Assembly (NCBI GenBank): GCA_030167865.1
Contig: JALAGF010003564.1
Location: 1 to 64,000 of the forward strand
Length of the DNA: 64,000 nt
Direction: 5' to 3'
From: Craspedostauros australis
Lineage: Eukaryota
Below the pieces are notes generated by a model. That model searched no databases. It worked only from the letters and a program-made list of their open reading frames with translations, and was not told the origin of the DNA. Positions 35,680 through 46,075 of the stretch are shown in pieces. The translations under genes were made by a program, and so were the position numbers. Position 1 is the stretch's first letter; every line of letters begins with the position of its first letter.

Positions 35680-35731
35680 GGATGATGTTGATGGATGACG
35701 TTGATGGATGATGTTGATGGATGACGTTGAT
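35680..35731. repeat. 13-bp tandem repeat GGATGAYGTTGAT x4 (a 26-bp unit duplicated) in the GST 5' region
   Basis: Units at 35680, 35693, 35706 and 35719 alternate T/C at one position. Confidence 0.88.
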
Positions 35732-36908
35732 GGATGATGATGATGGTGAGATAATGCTTCGGAAATCGGCTTTGGACTTGATCGATCCTTGCAATTTCGT
35801 TCTGTCCTGTCCTGCCTTGTTCCGTTCCGTTCTGCTCGACTCTCTTCTCCTCTGCTATGTTCGGTTTGGTTTGTTGTTGGACAACAGGTGACCCGATCGG
35901 ATCCGATTCGGTTTCAGATCCGGCTCCAGGCCGATTCGATTTGAGTTGCGATCTGTTGCACCAAGATCCGCCAAGATTGGATCTGCGTTTGTCGGTCAGT
36001 GCCGCTCTTCTTTGTTGAGGTGGTCGGTGTCGCGTCATTGTCACACACTGAATGTCGTCTGCGTGTCTGTGCGCGTACTTGTGCATCAAGCACATGCACC
36101 TCAACGTGGATTTGCACCTTTTCGCGATTGCGTTCGTTGTCTTGGTTCTTTTTCGCGAGATGAGGGCAGCGTTTGTGGTCTTTGGGTGTTGTTTTTCTGA
36201 CAAAAGAACTCCAATGACGTCACGGTACTCAATCTTATAACCGCCGACCACCTCGACCACACGCTTCGCCTTCTCCACCAAGAAAGATGATTGGGAGGAA
36301 AGTATCAACAATCATAAAATTCTCCGATTTTATGTCAGAACTGTCGACTTCGATCAAGATTGGAAGCCTGTTGTGTTCTAAAGGTAGGAATAAGACTGTG
36401 GTACTGGACAATCCCGTAGTGGAAATTGTCACATGCGACATGGATGGTCACTCCCTTTTCGGCACTGGTGCACCCATACACCAGAGACCATGTTCTCCAT
36501 CATCAACTTTAGTTCAAGATGTCTGTGTCTCTTGTCCAATCCTCGTACGACGCTGTGACGAAGATGCGTCGCCACAGGTCCCAAAGCCAAGTTCGACACG
36601 TTTCCTCTCACAAAATCATCTGGTGATCACGTCACCATCACATCTTTCGCATCCGCCATACCCGTTCCCTCCGCACACACACACAAACAGACAACGTACT
36701 CAACTCCACAACAGAAGCATCACACCACAACATCGAAGCATCACAATACCTGAGAAGCCGAGACAGCACAAACCAGAGCGTGTCATTACAGCGCACCGAG
36801 CATCGCAGAAGACGCGGGCATCACACAACAAGCCATCACATCACACACAAAAAGCATCACATCGCAACGAAACAAAGCCTCGTACCGCAAAGCACAAAGC
36901 AACACCAT

Positions 36909-36948
36909 CAACGCACCAACGCACCAACGCACCAACGCACCAACGCAT
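36909..36948 (+). repeat. 8-bp tandem repeat (CAACGCAY)x5 just upstream of ATG 36965
   Basis: Read directly in the sequence. Confidence 0.9.
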
Positions 36949-36964
36949 CAACACATAAACAACC

Positions 36965-37966
36965 ATGAGAAACATGAAGTTCCTTGACGCCGTGTACCTC
37001 AACGAGAGAGGGATTCGGTTCCTCCAAAAGGGACTGTACCAGAATGCGAAAGCGTCGTTTGCCAAGGCTGTGTCGCTGGCGGGTGGCAAAGTCCAAGACG
37101 CCAACATTCGAGAACGGCTTCCGCAGAACCACCCTCTCCGCGATGTCGACAGCACCAGCTCCAACGCAGGCCAATTCGACTCGCAGCGGCCGCAACATGT
37201 TGATGATAACGCAGATGGCAACAGCGACAACAACGCCCATCACCGACAGCAGCAGCAGCAGAAGCCCGAGCTTCAGCAAGAGTATCATCAATCGCCGTCC
37301 CAGCCATGCCATTCAATTCAGCAACCTCAACTACACTTCCAGGATGAATGGAGCGCAGTGCCAATCAGCCACTCCTCCTCCTCTGCTGCTGCTGCTGCTG
37401 CTGCCGTGCGCACCAAAGACGATGCGACAACCGCTGCTCACGGATACGTCGACACCGCACCCATGGTCTTCCGTCAGATTCCATCGCCGAAGGATCCAGG
37501 CAGCCAGCGCCATTCCAGAATTCGTCTCTGCGTCGTGATCCTCTACAACTACGGACTCGCCTACCACTTGCACAGCCGCGAACGATGCGACGCGCGCATG
37601 CAGGATCGCAAACGCGCCGTGCATCTCTACGAACTGAGCTGCGCTCTGTCGTATCAGGCCGACCTCGAAATGGGCTGGGCCTACCGGCTGCGCATCGCGA
37701 ACAATTTGGGACAAGTGCTGCGCGAGCTGGGGCAGGTGCGGCACGCCGACGGGTACTTCCAAGATCTGCTGAGCTGCTTGCTGTATCTGCAGCAGGAGAT
37801 GAAACTGCAAGGCGACAGCGATGGAGTCTCGGGTGCGCGTAGCAACTCGATCCTGCTGCGCGACGAAGTGCTGGGTGGACAGTATCGCATCGCGTCGCTG
37901 GAACCGTTCTTCGAGAATTTGCTGCCCCTCATTCTCAAGAACCGCGGCGTGGCTGCGGCGGCATGA
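36965..37966 (+). CDS. Hypothetical TPR-like helical protein of a diatom-type family (333 aa)
   Basis: LNERGIRFLQKGLYQNAKASFAKAV, VVILYNYGLAYHL, AVHLYELS, IANNLGQV and terminal AAAA; TPR-like periodicity; coding bias. Confidence 0.8.
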   Translation: MRNMKFLDAVYLNERGIRFLQKGLYQNAKASFAKAVSLAGGKVQDANIRERLPQNHPLRDVDSTSSNAGQFDSQRPQHVDDNADGNSDNNAHHRQQQQQKPELQQEYHQSPSQPCHSIQQPQLHFQDEWSAVPISHSSSSAAAAAAAVRTKDDATTAAHGYVDTAPMVFRQIPSPKDPGSQRHSRIRLCVVILYNYGLAYHLHSRERCDARMQDRKRAVHLYELSCALSYQADLEMGWAYRLRIANNLGQVLRELGQVRHADGYFQDLLSCLLYLQQEMKLQGDSDGVSGARSNSILLRDEVLGGQYRIASLEPFFENLLPLILKNRGVAAAA

Positions 37967-39047
37967 GATACATACGTGGGTATAGTAGAGGAGAAGAAAA
38001 CGCAATAAATCAACGCAAAAGATAATAGAATAGATCAAGAAGTCATTCGCCCACCACATGTTGCTGTTGCGGAAGTAGACGAGTTTGATCATATTGGTAC
38101 GAGTTGACGAGGTATTGTGGGGTCTTCTGCTCTACATGCTATAATAGATTGTACAAGCTGAGACGACTTGCACGCTCAGCTTGCGCACACTCAGCGTCGC
38201 CACATTCGTCTACACCTCGCACGCCACGTGATTGTTCTGTGATCAATTTTCTCTAGTCTCTCTATCCTTAGACTATGTAGAGCTCCAATCGCGATTCCTC
38301 CGAATCGGGATCGTCGGCGTTTTGATTGTTCCACCAATCAAAAGTCCGAGCGTGATCTTCGAAACCGAACATGTCCTGCCAATGTCGCAATGCGCCATAA
38401 GTCGTGGTCGTGTTGGACGGAGAATAGGTCACTGGATGTTCTTTATGACCAGCGAGGGAAAACGCCGCGCGCAGCAATGACGCCGTGGAGCAAACCCGTG
38501 AGACAGAAACAGAAGTTTTCGTCTTGCGTCTTTTTTTGTTTTGAGACTCCTACTCGGTGTGTTTGCGCGTTGAAGTTAATCTCAGTTCGTGGTGGGGGTC
38601 TGTTTGCGCACAAAGAGAGAGGACACGACCAAAAACAGCGAGAGGCCATTTCTGTGGAGACACACGCGCGTTGGGCGTTGTCGTGCGCGTTGCGCGTTGG
38701 TTTCCATCCTGTTCGTGTTATTCTCTGTCAACGCCTATTTGGCTTCCCTTGTTGGCGGTTTTGCTTTTCGTCGTTGTTGCTGTCAGCACCGTACGTGTAC
38801 TTTACTCGTGTGTGCGTGTGCTCGTAGTCGTAGCGCTACTTTGTGCTATGTCCTCGCGAGAACTTCTTTGCGTGTCAGACTTCTGTTTCGTTTGGCTTGT
38901 TGCAAACCCGCGTTGGCTAATTTCAACTTCGTCAACACACAAACCATAAAATACAAGACAGCCACCAATTTCAATTCCGTCAACAACGACACCAACTCAC
39001 CAACTCGCGAGCGACCAAACCAAGCGAACAGCAACAACAACAACACC

Positions 39048-39518
39048 ATGTCTTCCAGCAACAACTCCGAGACCGCACCATCAACCTCCGGCCCAAAGCT
39101 CTGCAACAAGGGCTGCGGGTTCTTCGGCAGCGAAGCTACAGGCGGCTGCTGCTCGAAGTGCTTCGTTGCTTCGTTGAAGAAGTCCACCGCTGCGGCCGCG
39201 CAAACGGCTCCCGCCCTGGTGGAGGAGACAGAGAACGCAACCATCACATGCAGCACAGTCGACGCCCTGCAGGCGGAACCAGCGGCACCACAGGCAACTG
39301 GCGAATCGGACGAGAAGGCGCCATCGGCATCGTCGGCGACACCGGCAGCCACGACGGCGGCCACGACCACCAAGAAGAAGAAGAAGAAAAAGAAGGCGAG
39401 CTACAAGAGCCTCATGGCCAACATGATGAAGGAAACGAACAAGGATGCCGACAAGGAACGCGAGGCGCTGAGGGACGGCCTGGGCGGCGGCAACTTCTCC
39501 AAGGTGGCCAAGATCTGA
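39048..39518 (+). CDS. A20-type zinc finger protein without an AN1 finger (156 aa)
   Basis: PKLCNKGCGFFGSEATGGCCSKCF fits the A20 consensus LCxxGCGFFGxxxTxxxCSKC. ATG 39048 follows a CAA-rich leader. Confidence 0.88.
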   Translation: MSSSNNSETAPSTSGPKLCNKGCGFFGSEATGGCCSKCFVASLKKSTAAAAQTAPALVEETENATITCSTVDALQAEPAAPQATGESDEKAPSASSATPAATTAATTTKKKKKKKKASYKSLMANMMKETNKDADKEREALRDGLGGGNFSKVAKI

Positions 39519-40645
39519 TGATCTCTTCTCTTTCGAACCGAACGCAGCGTGTCAACCATCCGTCATCCACGTGTGCTGTCGTTCAGCGACCATCGCACAA
39601 CCTGTCCTCCCTCGTTTTTGAGATACGCTGCGGGCCATGGACGTCACATCACATTCGCCGTGCACAAACGCATCCGCGGCACGCATCCCATCATCATCAT
39701 CAGGAAAGCATCTGCAGAACGCGGAGCGCTTTCGCCATCCCATAACAATACCAAATAAAACGAAACCAAACAATAGAAATCATTCAAGTCTCTGCTGTCG
39801 TCATCGGCATCGACATACTCAATGTGCGCTGCCGCAGGGGTCGGTGGCAGGCGCACCCACGCACATGCACCACCAACAAAAGAGGAGGAGCCTTCTCATC
39901 ATCATCATCATCATCCGCGACCTCCGCCTCTCGTTCCACCATCGTCACCATCCCAAAGGCATGTCCCACCTTTTCCCTCCAAACAGACGTTGACACAAAC
40001 CATCACTGATTGCCACTGCCATTCCACGCAACAGCTACAACAACAGACCAGCACGAAAGCAGAGTTCCGGTCTTGCACAAGAAGAGAAAGAACAAAGATG
40101 GCGTCAAACGAACATCGATATTCTTGTTCGTTGATCGTGCTAATCCATTGCCCAATCAGCGTGACTCATTGTCAAGTCCCACAAAATGTGCGGGAGCTGG
40201 CCGTGTATGCTCTACATTCGATGAAGCGCTATCAGTGTGTCCGTTGTTGTATGACCGTTGTTGCGTCGCTGTCGTTGTCAAGAATTGTCTCAACAGTCAA
40301 GGGCTTAACGTAGCGCCAATGGTCACAAGAATACAGTGATGCCTTTGCCTCCCGCCACTTTGCGGCAAAATGGAGTCGATGTTCACCAATCAACTTCACG
40401 ATTGCCTCGCTGATCTTTTCCATGGATCGTCTCTCATTCGAAGAACAACACAGAGAGAGAATCGCGGAGACAACAACGAGCACCATCACAATCGCAAGGA
40501 GCAGCAGCGCATCCATCCGGTGATTTGTTCTTTTGCATCATTCTGCTTGTTATTAATGCACCAGACCATCTCGACTACTCCATCATCACATCACATCACA
40601 TCAGTGATCGCTTCCTCTCGTCTCCCCAAGCACAGAACGCCAACA

Positions 40646-41552
40646 ATGGCGAGCGGCAACAATCCAAGCGCGATAATGGTCGGTACTTCGGTGGGACAAC
40701 CGCCGCCCGTTGTGCATCGTAAGATTGCGATACTGGGGTTCCGTGCCGTGGGCAAGTCCTCCCTCACCAACGTCTACGTCACTGGCTCCTTCTCGGAGAA
40801 GTAAGTGCATCATCAACATCATCACAGTTGTTGCTCAACAACGCGATACACTCAACTCATCCTCTGCAAATGCCCATCTTGTTCTTTGCTCTTCTCGTCC
40901 ATGAACACACATCAAACAACATATTATACTCTACACTCTATGTGATATATAATATTGTTTCATAGATACGATCCAACGATTGAAAGCACGTTGCACAAAA
41001 CAATTCGATTCCGCAAGGTTCACTTCGATACGGCCATCATCGACACTGCTGGAATGGTGAGTCCAAACTTTCATTGATTCAATGCGAATCCAATGTGTGC
41101 CAATAATCCGCATGCTGCCATTCGTCGCGCAACGAGTATGCCTCCCCAATCTCATCCCTTCTTGCCCATATCATCCTCGACAGGACGAATACTCCAGACT
41201 CTCACGCAACGCTTCCGTCGGCGTCCACGGTTACGTTCTCGTCTTCAGCATCACATCGCGCCAATCCTTCGGCATGATCAGTCAAGTCAACGACTCCCTC
41301 CTCAACACGCTGGGCGACGCACCGGACGTACCGCGCGTTCTCGTCGGCAGCATGAAGGATCTGTCGGCCAATCGCCAAGTGTCGACGCAGGATGCCCAGC
41401 AGCTCGCCGATTCGTGGAAGATCCCCTACATCGAATGCTCCAGCAAGACGCAAGAGAATGTGGGAGAAGTCTTCCAGACCCTGTTGCGCGAGATCGAGAA
41501 GGATGACGGATTCTTGGCCGAGACGGATGACGGCGGGTGTTGGATACTGTAG
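40646..41552 (+). CDS. RHEB: Rheb small GTPase; 3 exons (40646-40800, 40966-41056, 41184-41552), 204 aa
   Basis: RKIAILGFRAVGKSSL with the Rheb-diagnostic Arg in the P-loop, effector YDPTIEST, IIDTAGMDEYS, GVHGYVLVFSITSRQSF and CaaX CWIL. GTAAGT..TAG and GTGAGT..CAG introns keep the frame. Confidence 0.92.
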
Positions 41553-42251
41553 ATCGACATGCTGCAAGAGAAATGCTGTACGATGCTCTGTCTCTTTATC
41601 GACTCGATCAAGGGGCTCTTAATCATACTGCTTGTATAATATTATACAACATAAACCTTATTGTATAGCAGGTCACAAACAGTGCAGGGCTCGATGGGGT
41701 GGGCGTGACGCAGGATGCAGCATGGCGGCGCCCTTGCTACGGATCGGGACTGTACTTCAGAACACACGACTCGATTCATGCAGGTGATTGCAAACAGTAG
41801 TCCAACGAGTCGGTCAAGGTGGAACGAGGTTTTGGTTGTTTTTGTGATGAATGGGTGTGGACGAGATGGGAACGCAACGCAGAGCAACCGTCTCAAGAGA
41901 GAGCAACCACAAGAGAGCATGCCAGGCACACAAGGAAAGGAAAGCAAGGGGCAGACTCCCTCCGACACACACAAGAGGGTGGACAGCTGCTGATCCCATT
42001 CCAACCGCATCTCGAAGTGGAACCAGTCATAGACAGAGCAGCAACGACCAGCAGGGGGAGCCATCACCGAACGCCAGGTTTACTTCCATCGCATTGCATC
42101 GTATCGCACTGAGTCTTTCTCTTCGTTGTGAGTGCGTGCAACTTCTTCGTGAGTTGGAAGGGTGGAGAAGTAGCAATACCAACAACAACAGCAACAACAG
42201 CAACAATAATAACAGCAACAACAATAATAACAACAACATCCAAACCACATC

Positions 42252-44231
42252 ATGACACCAGCCTCATCGCCGCATCGAAAGCGCAACATTGACGATGTGT
42301 CGGCACAGGCGGATCTTGCGTCTGCCGTGACGGGCGATCTGTTCGGCGATACGTTTGGCAACGACGCAGGTCCCAAACGCCCCAAAGCAGGCAGCGATTC
42401 GTCGTCGTACGGCTCCTTCCAGTCCCCAACGCCATCGTCGGGTGGAAGTATCAACAGTGGTGATGGCCTTGCTGTCGAGATGCAGGGCGTTGGGGTTGGC
42501 GTGCTGCAGGATCACAACATCAGTACGCAAGTCGATTCTGCCATGCTGTCTGGCGGTGTGCAGCAGCAGGTGGCTGTGGCCGTGGCTGTCAATGACACTA
42601 GCAACAACACTGTCAACAACACTACCACGTCAGCAGGCACCCCGTCCGTGATTTACACCCACCCAATGGAAGACGTCGCACTACCACCGCAACAAACCAA
42701 AACCGAACAGAACCCAAAGACCAAGAGATCGCAGTCCCCATCCACATTTCAGATGGACACGTTGGCAACCCTCCCACCACCCGCCAAACGAACGCCACCC
42801 TGCTCGCAAAATTCGAACAAGCTCAAACAAGACAGCCCATCGTCCTACGTGCAAGATGTGGAGGTGGTTGCCCCTGACAATCAGCCAGTAAAGGTATCAT
42901 GCCCTGTCACCACGGCTGTCGATACCGATGATGGTGCTTCCAATGGGGATGACGAAGACTTTCATGATGATGCTGACGATGAGGACTTTGGCGATGATGC
43001 GGAATTTGAAGAAGAGACAACACCTGTGCGCAAGCCAAAGAAGGCAGCCAAAACCAAGGCTACGCTCAGGTCATCACCAAGGGCAAAGAAAGGGCGCAAC
43101 GCCACCATCACCAAACAACAACAGCAGCAACTGTCTCAGACTTCCAACGCATCCAACGTGTCGCACAACTCCAGTGAAGTTGCTTCCGCATCGTCCAAGA
43201 GCACTTCCAAGCCACCCACCAAGGCCACAACCAAGAAAGCGAAGAAGAATGGCAAAAAGTCCAAAGCCGCATCCAAGGCATCCCCAACGCCACCTCCCTC
43301 ACAACAGGACGGCGAGAAAAGCAAGGCGAGCCAAGAAGCGAATCTCTCCCAGTCCACATCTTCGCAATCTTCCAAGACAAAGGCCAAGGCAAAGTCCACA
43401 CCAAAGGGCAAGGGCAAGACCGCTGCCGACAAATCAGCAAAGACACCCAGCAAGACCACCAAGACTGCCAAAGCAGGCACGCCCGCGTCCGCAAAGAAGA
43501 AGAAAAAGACCACCTTCCAGGACGACCTCTTGCGGTACATGTTCGGCAACGCCAAGCCATGTAACCTCAAGCTCCTTTGCGATGCCCTCAAGACGGGCGA
43601 GTCCGCCGTCAACTTCTGCATGATGTCCCTCGTCGACAAGGAATGGGTCATGAAGAAGGAGTTCGTCTCCAAGAAGGCATCAGGCCGCACGAAGGAACTC
43701 TACTGGCCCAACCTCTCCGCCGTCAGCAAGTCCAAGGAACTGCAGCAGGCGCTGGGCGTCACGTCCGTCACGCCCGATGAAGTGCGCGGCGCCGTCGCGA
43801 ATCGCCAGATGCTGGCAGCGCAGCTGTCGGGTTTGGAGCGCGAACTCGCCGGCGTTTTGGCACAGCCCAGCAACGCCGATCTCACGGTTCAAATCGCACA
43901 AGCCAAGGTCGAAGTCGAGGAATTGGAAAAGCGCCGCCAAGAGACGGTCGGTCGCATCGACGCCGCATCGCCCAGCAAGCCATCGCAACCACGGCCATCG
44001 CAAAAGCGTCTCAAGAAGCAAATCAACACGATGCGCGGCGAATGGAAGAAACGTCGCGACAAGTGTATGGACTTCATCGATCAGCTTGCCGACGGCATGG
44101 AGAAGAAGGTCAAGGACGTCGTCAAGATGCTGGAGCTCGAGACGGATGAGATGACCGGCGCGGTCATGCCACCCAAGTACGAAACGGAGGATGCCAAACC
44201 GAAGCGCGTCGTGCGCAAGCGGCGTGGCTGA
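42252..44231 (+). CDS. HOP2: Hop2/TBPIP-like homologous-pairing protein with a long N-terminal disordered extension (659 aa)
   Basis: C-terminal ~240 aa: winged-helix-like LLRYM...KP.N...L...LVDK...KKEF....LYW, coiled coil with QPSNADL, and terminal EWKKRRDKCMDFIDQLADGMEKKVKDVVKMLELETDE matching the Hop2 C-terminal pattern. Confidence 0.8.
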   Translation: MTPASSPHRKRNIDDVSAQADLASAVTGDLFGDTFGNDAGPKRPKAGSDSSSYGSFQSPTPSSGGSINSGDGLAVEMQGVGVGVLQDHNISTQVDSAMLSGGVQQQVAVAVAVNDTSNNTVNNTTTSAGTPSVIYTHPMEDVALPPQQTKTEQNPKTKRSQSPSTFQMDTLATLPPPAKRTPPCSQNSNKLKQDSPSSYVQDVEVVAPDNQPVKVSCPVTTAVDTDDGASNGDDEDFHDDADDEDFGDDAEFEEETTPVRKPKKAAKTKATLRSSPRAKKGRNATITKQQQQQLSQTSNASNVSHNSSEVASASSKSTSKPPTKATTKKAKKNGKKSKAASKASPTPPPSQQDGEKSKASQEANLSQSTSSQSSKTKAKAKSTPKGKGKTAADKSAKTPSKTTKTAKAGTPASAKKKKKTTFQDDLLRYMFGNAKPCNLKLLCDALKTGESAVNFCMMSLVDKEWVMKKEFVSKKASGRTKELYWPNLSAVSKSKELQQALGVTSVTPDEVRGAVANRQMLAAQLSGLERELAGVLAQPSNADLTVQIAQAKVEVEELEKRRQETVGRIDAASPSKPSQPRPSQKRLKKQINTMRGEWKKRRDKCMDFIDQLADGMEKKVKDVVKMLELETDEMTGAVMPPKYETEDAKPKRVVRKRRG

Positions 44232-44385
44232 AGACGGGAAGCGCAGGGACGACGACAACAGTGTATGGCAGAAGACAAGAGCGAACCAAAGCAATGCGAA
44301 GCAAAAGTGCAGCGATAACCAGTTAATGAATGATACTGCGTGTTCATCATTTCCTTCTTTAGCTCATTTGCGCCACGCTGCAGCT

Positions 44386-45477
44386 CTAATCGCTTTCCAC
44401 CACGATGTTGAGCAACACTTCCCGCACCTCGAATTTATCCGGATCCGAATTGTAATTCGTGTCCATGTAGTAATCTTCCACGATGACTTTGGACCCCATC
44501 CGCTGCGCCGTCAACAAGGCCGCGACGCCGTACCGCCCGTAGTTGGGATAAAATCGATATCCTTGCTCTTGAATCAAGATTTGCGCATTCTGCGTGATGT
44601 CGCCATCCAGCGCGATGTTGAAGGACAGATCGCCCATATCCTCCAACCAATCTTCCAGAACGATGGGATCGATGGGACTGATATCGACGAGCGCGACGAG
44701 CCCCGTCGCTTGCAGCCGATCGCCGAAGGCTCGCAAGGCCTCCAAGCACGACGCGAGCTGCTGCGGTCGTTGTTGCGACGGTCGCGTCTCGATACCCAAC
44801 AACTGCAACAGCCGCTGTCCCACTTGCGCTTCGAACGTGCGCAGGAAAGGACCGAAGGCAATCTTATGTTGCAGCAACAGATCCGTGTAGGCCTTGTAGT
44901 GCACGTAAGTCGCGAAATTGAATTGCTCGGCATCCTGCGTCAGCCCCGATCGCTCGAACGAAGCGCGCACGAGATTTTCGACCTTATCGATTTGCGTTTG
45001 CAACGGCAATTGCGTGATGGTGACGAAGACGTCATCCGTCATGCGCAAGATGGATCGCGCCGTCGCCACGTCGAGTGGTTGCGGTTCGGGAATGGCTTTG
45101 GGCGCCGGAAGCAGATCCTGTTTGCGACGTTCGGCACCCAACGCAAAACGATCCGAGAATCGTTCCCACTGTCCGTCGACCTGATCCATGATCTGAGCGC
45201 CCTTGACGACGGACGTGCGCACGGAGATGCCGAGATCCGACGTCGTGACGGCCTTCGTGATGCGGGCGCCCACCTCACCGGCGTGGGCGGTTTGGGGCAA
45301 TGCGGCCGTCGTGACGAAGATGGCGTTGAGGACGTCGCGTCGCGATGTGGTTCTTTGCAACAGCGGAGAGGATGGCAACACATCACGCCGCTTCTGCGTT
45401 GTCTGATAAGCAGAAACGCCGTTGCAGTGCAGCGACAGCATCGATATCATCCACATGGAGCCGCACCATCTCGTCAT
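44386..45477 (-). CDS. Plastid protein of unknown function, probably thylakoid-lumenal via Tat (363 aa)
   Basis: Signal peptide ending GVSA|Y, transit peptide, twin-arginine SRRDVL, hydrophobic stretch and AHA|G cleavage site; long ORF with coding bias. Confidence 0.8.
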   Translation of the reverse strand: MTRWCGSMWMISMLSLHCNGVSAYQTTQKRRDVLPSSPLLQRTTSRRDVLNAIFVTTAALPQTAHAGEVGARITKAVTTSDLGISVRTSVVKGAQIMDQVDGQWERFSDRFALGAERRKQDLLPAPKAIPEPQPLDVATARSILRMTDDVFVTITQLPLQTQIDKVENLVRASFERSGLTQDAEQFNFATYVHYKAYTDLLLQHKIAFGPFLRTFEAQVGQRLLQLLGIETRPSQQRPQQLASCLEALRAFGDRLQATGLVALVDISPIDPIVLEDWLEDMGDLSFNIALDGDITQNAQILIQEQGYRFYPNYGRYGVAALLTAQRMGSKVIVEDYYMDTNYNSDPDKFEVREVLLNIVVESD

Positions 45478-46075
45478 CGTCGAATTGTGTTGGTATTATG
45501 TGATTGATGAGAGGGTGTGTTGGTACTATCTGACAGGAGTATGGTATTATAATACTTCTGAGTAGTTGTAGTTGTAGAGTAGCAGGTGTACAATCTACTC
45601 GACGATCTGTGATGATGCCCCAAAGCGTCTCGTTCTTGACTTTGTGTCGGATGAACGTGCGCACCCGCTGAGTGGGTTTGTTTGTTGGCATCAGCGCATG
45701 TGACATCAGTTTGTGGAGAATTGATGGGAACGATCTGACATGTAATCAACTGAGTCAATCTTGAGTAACCGTCGGGTTCGCAGCAAACAACCGTTTGCTT
45801 TCGTGATTTCGAGTCGAGAGCAAACCCGGCAACAGCCAACGACAACGATCCACCAAACGGTGTTTGTCTGTGTTGTTTGTGTGAGTGAAGCGCCAGCCAT
45901 CAAATCCAACCCAGAAGCCCATTCTTCCCGTATTGCTACTTCTTGTCGTCTTGCTCTGTCTTGTTCTGTCTTGCTTTGTCTGATGTGAACAATCACATTG
46001 ACCACAAAGCAGTGCATCACATAACAACATAACATAACAACACATACGCGTATACGTCCTCGCGACACCACCACC

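Noticed and set aside
35655-36311. N-terminal extensions in the ORF track for GST (to 36311), A20 protein (from 38589), PDZ protein (to 14348), mucin-like protein (to 8859), plastid protein (to 16218) and DUF6824 (to 53420)
   Set aside because: They translate low-complexity leader or promoter sequence, some from non-ATG starts; for the targeted proteins a signal peptide begins at the downstream ATG.
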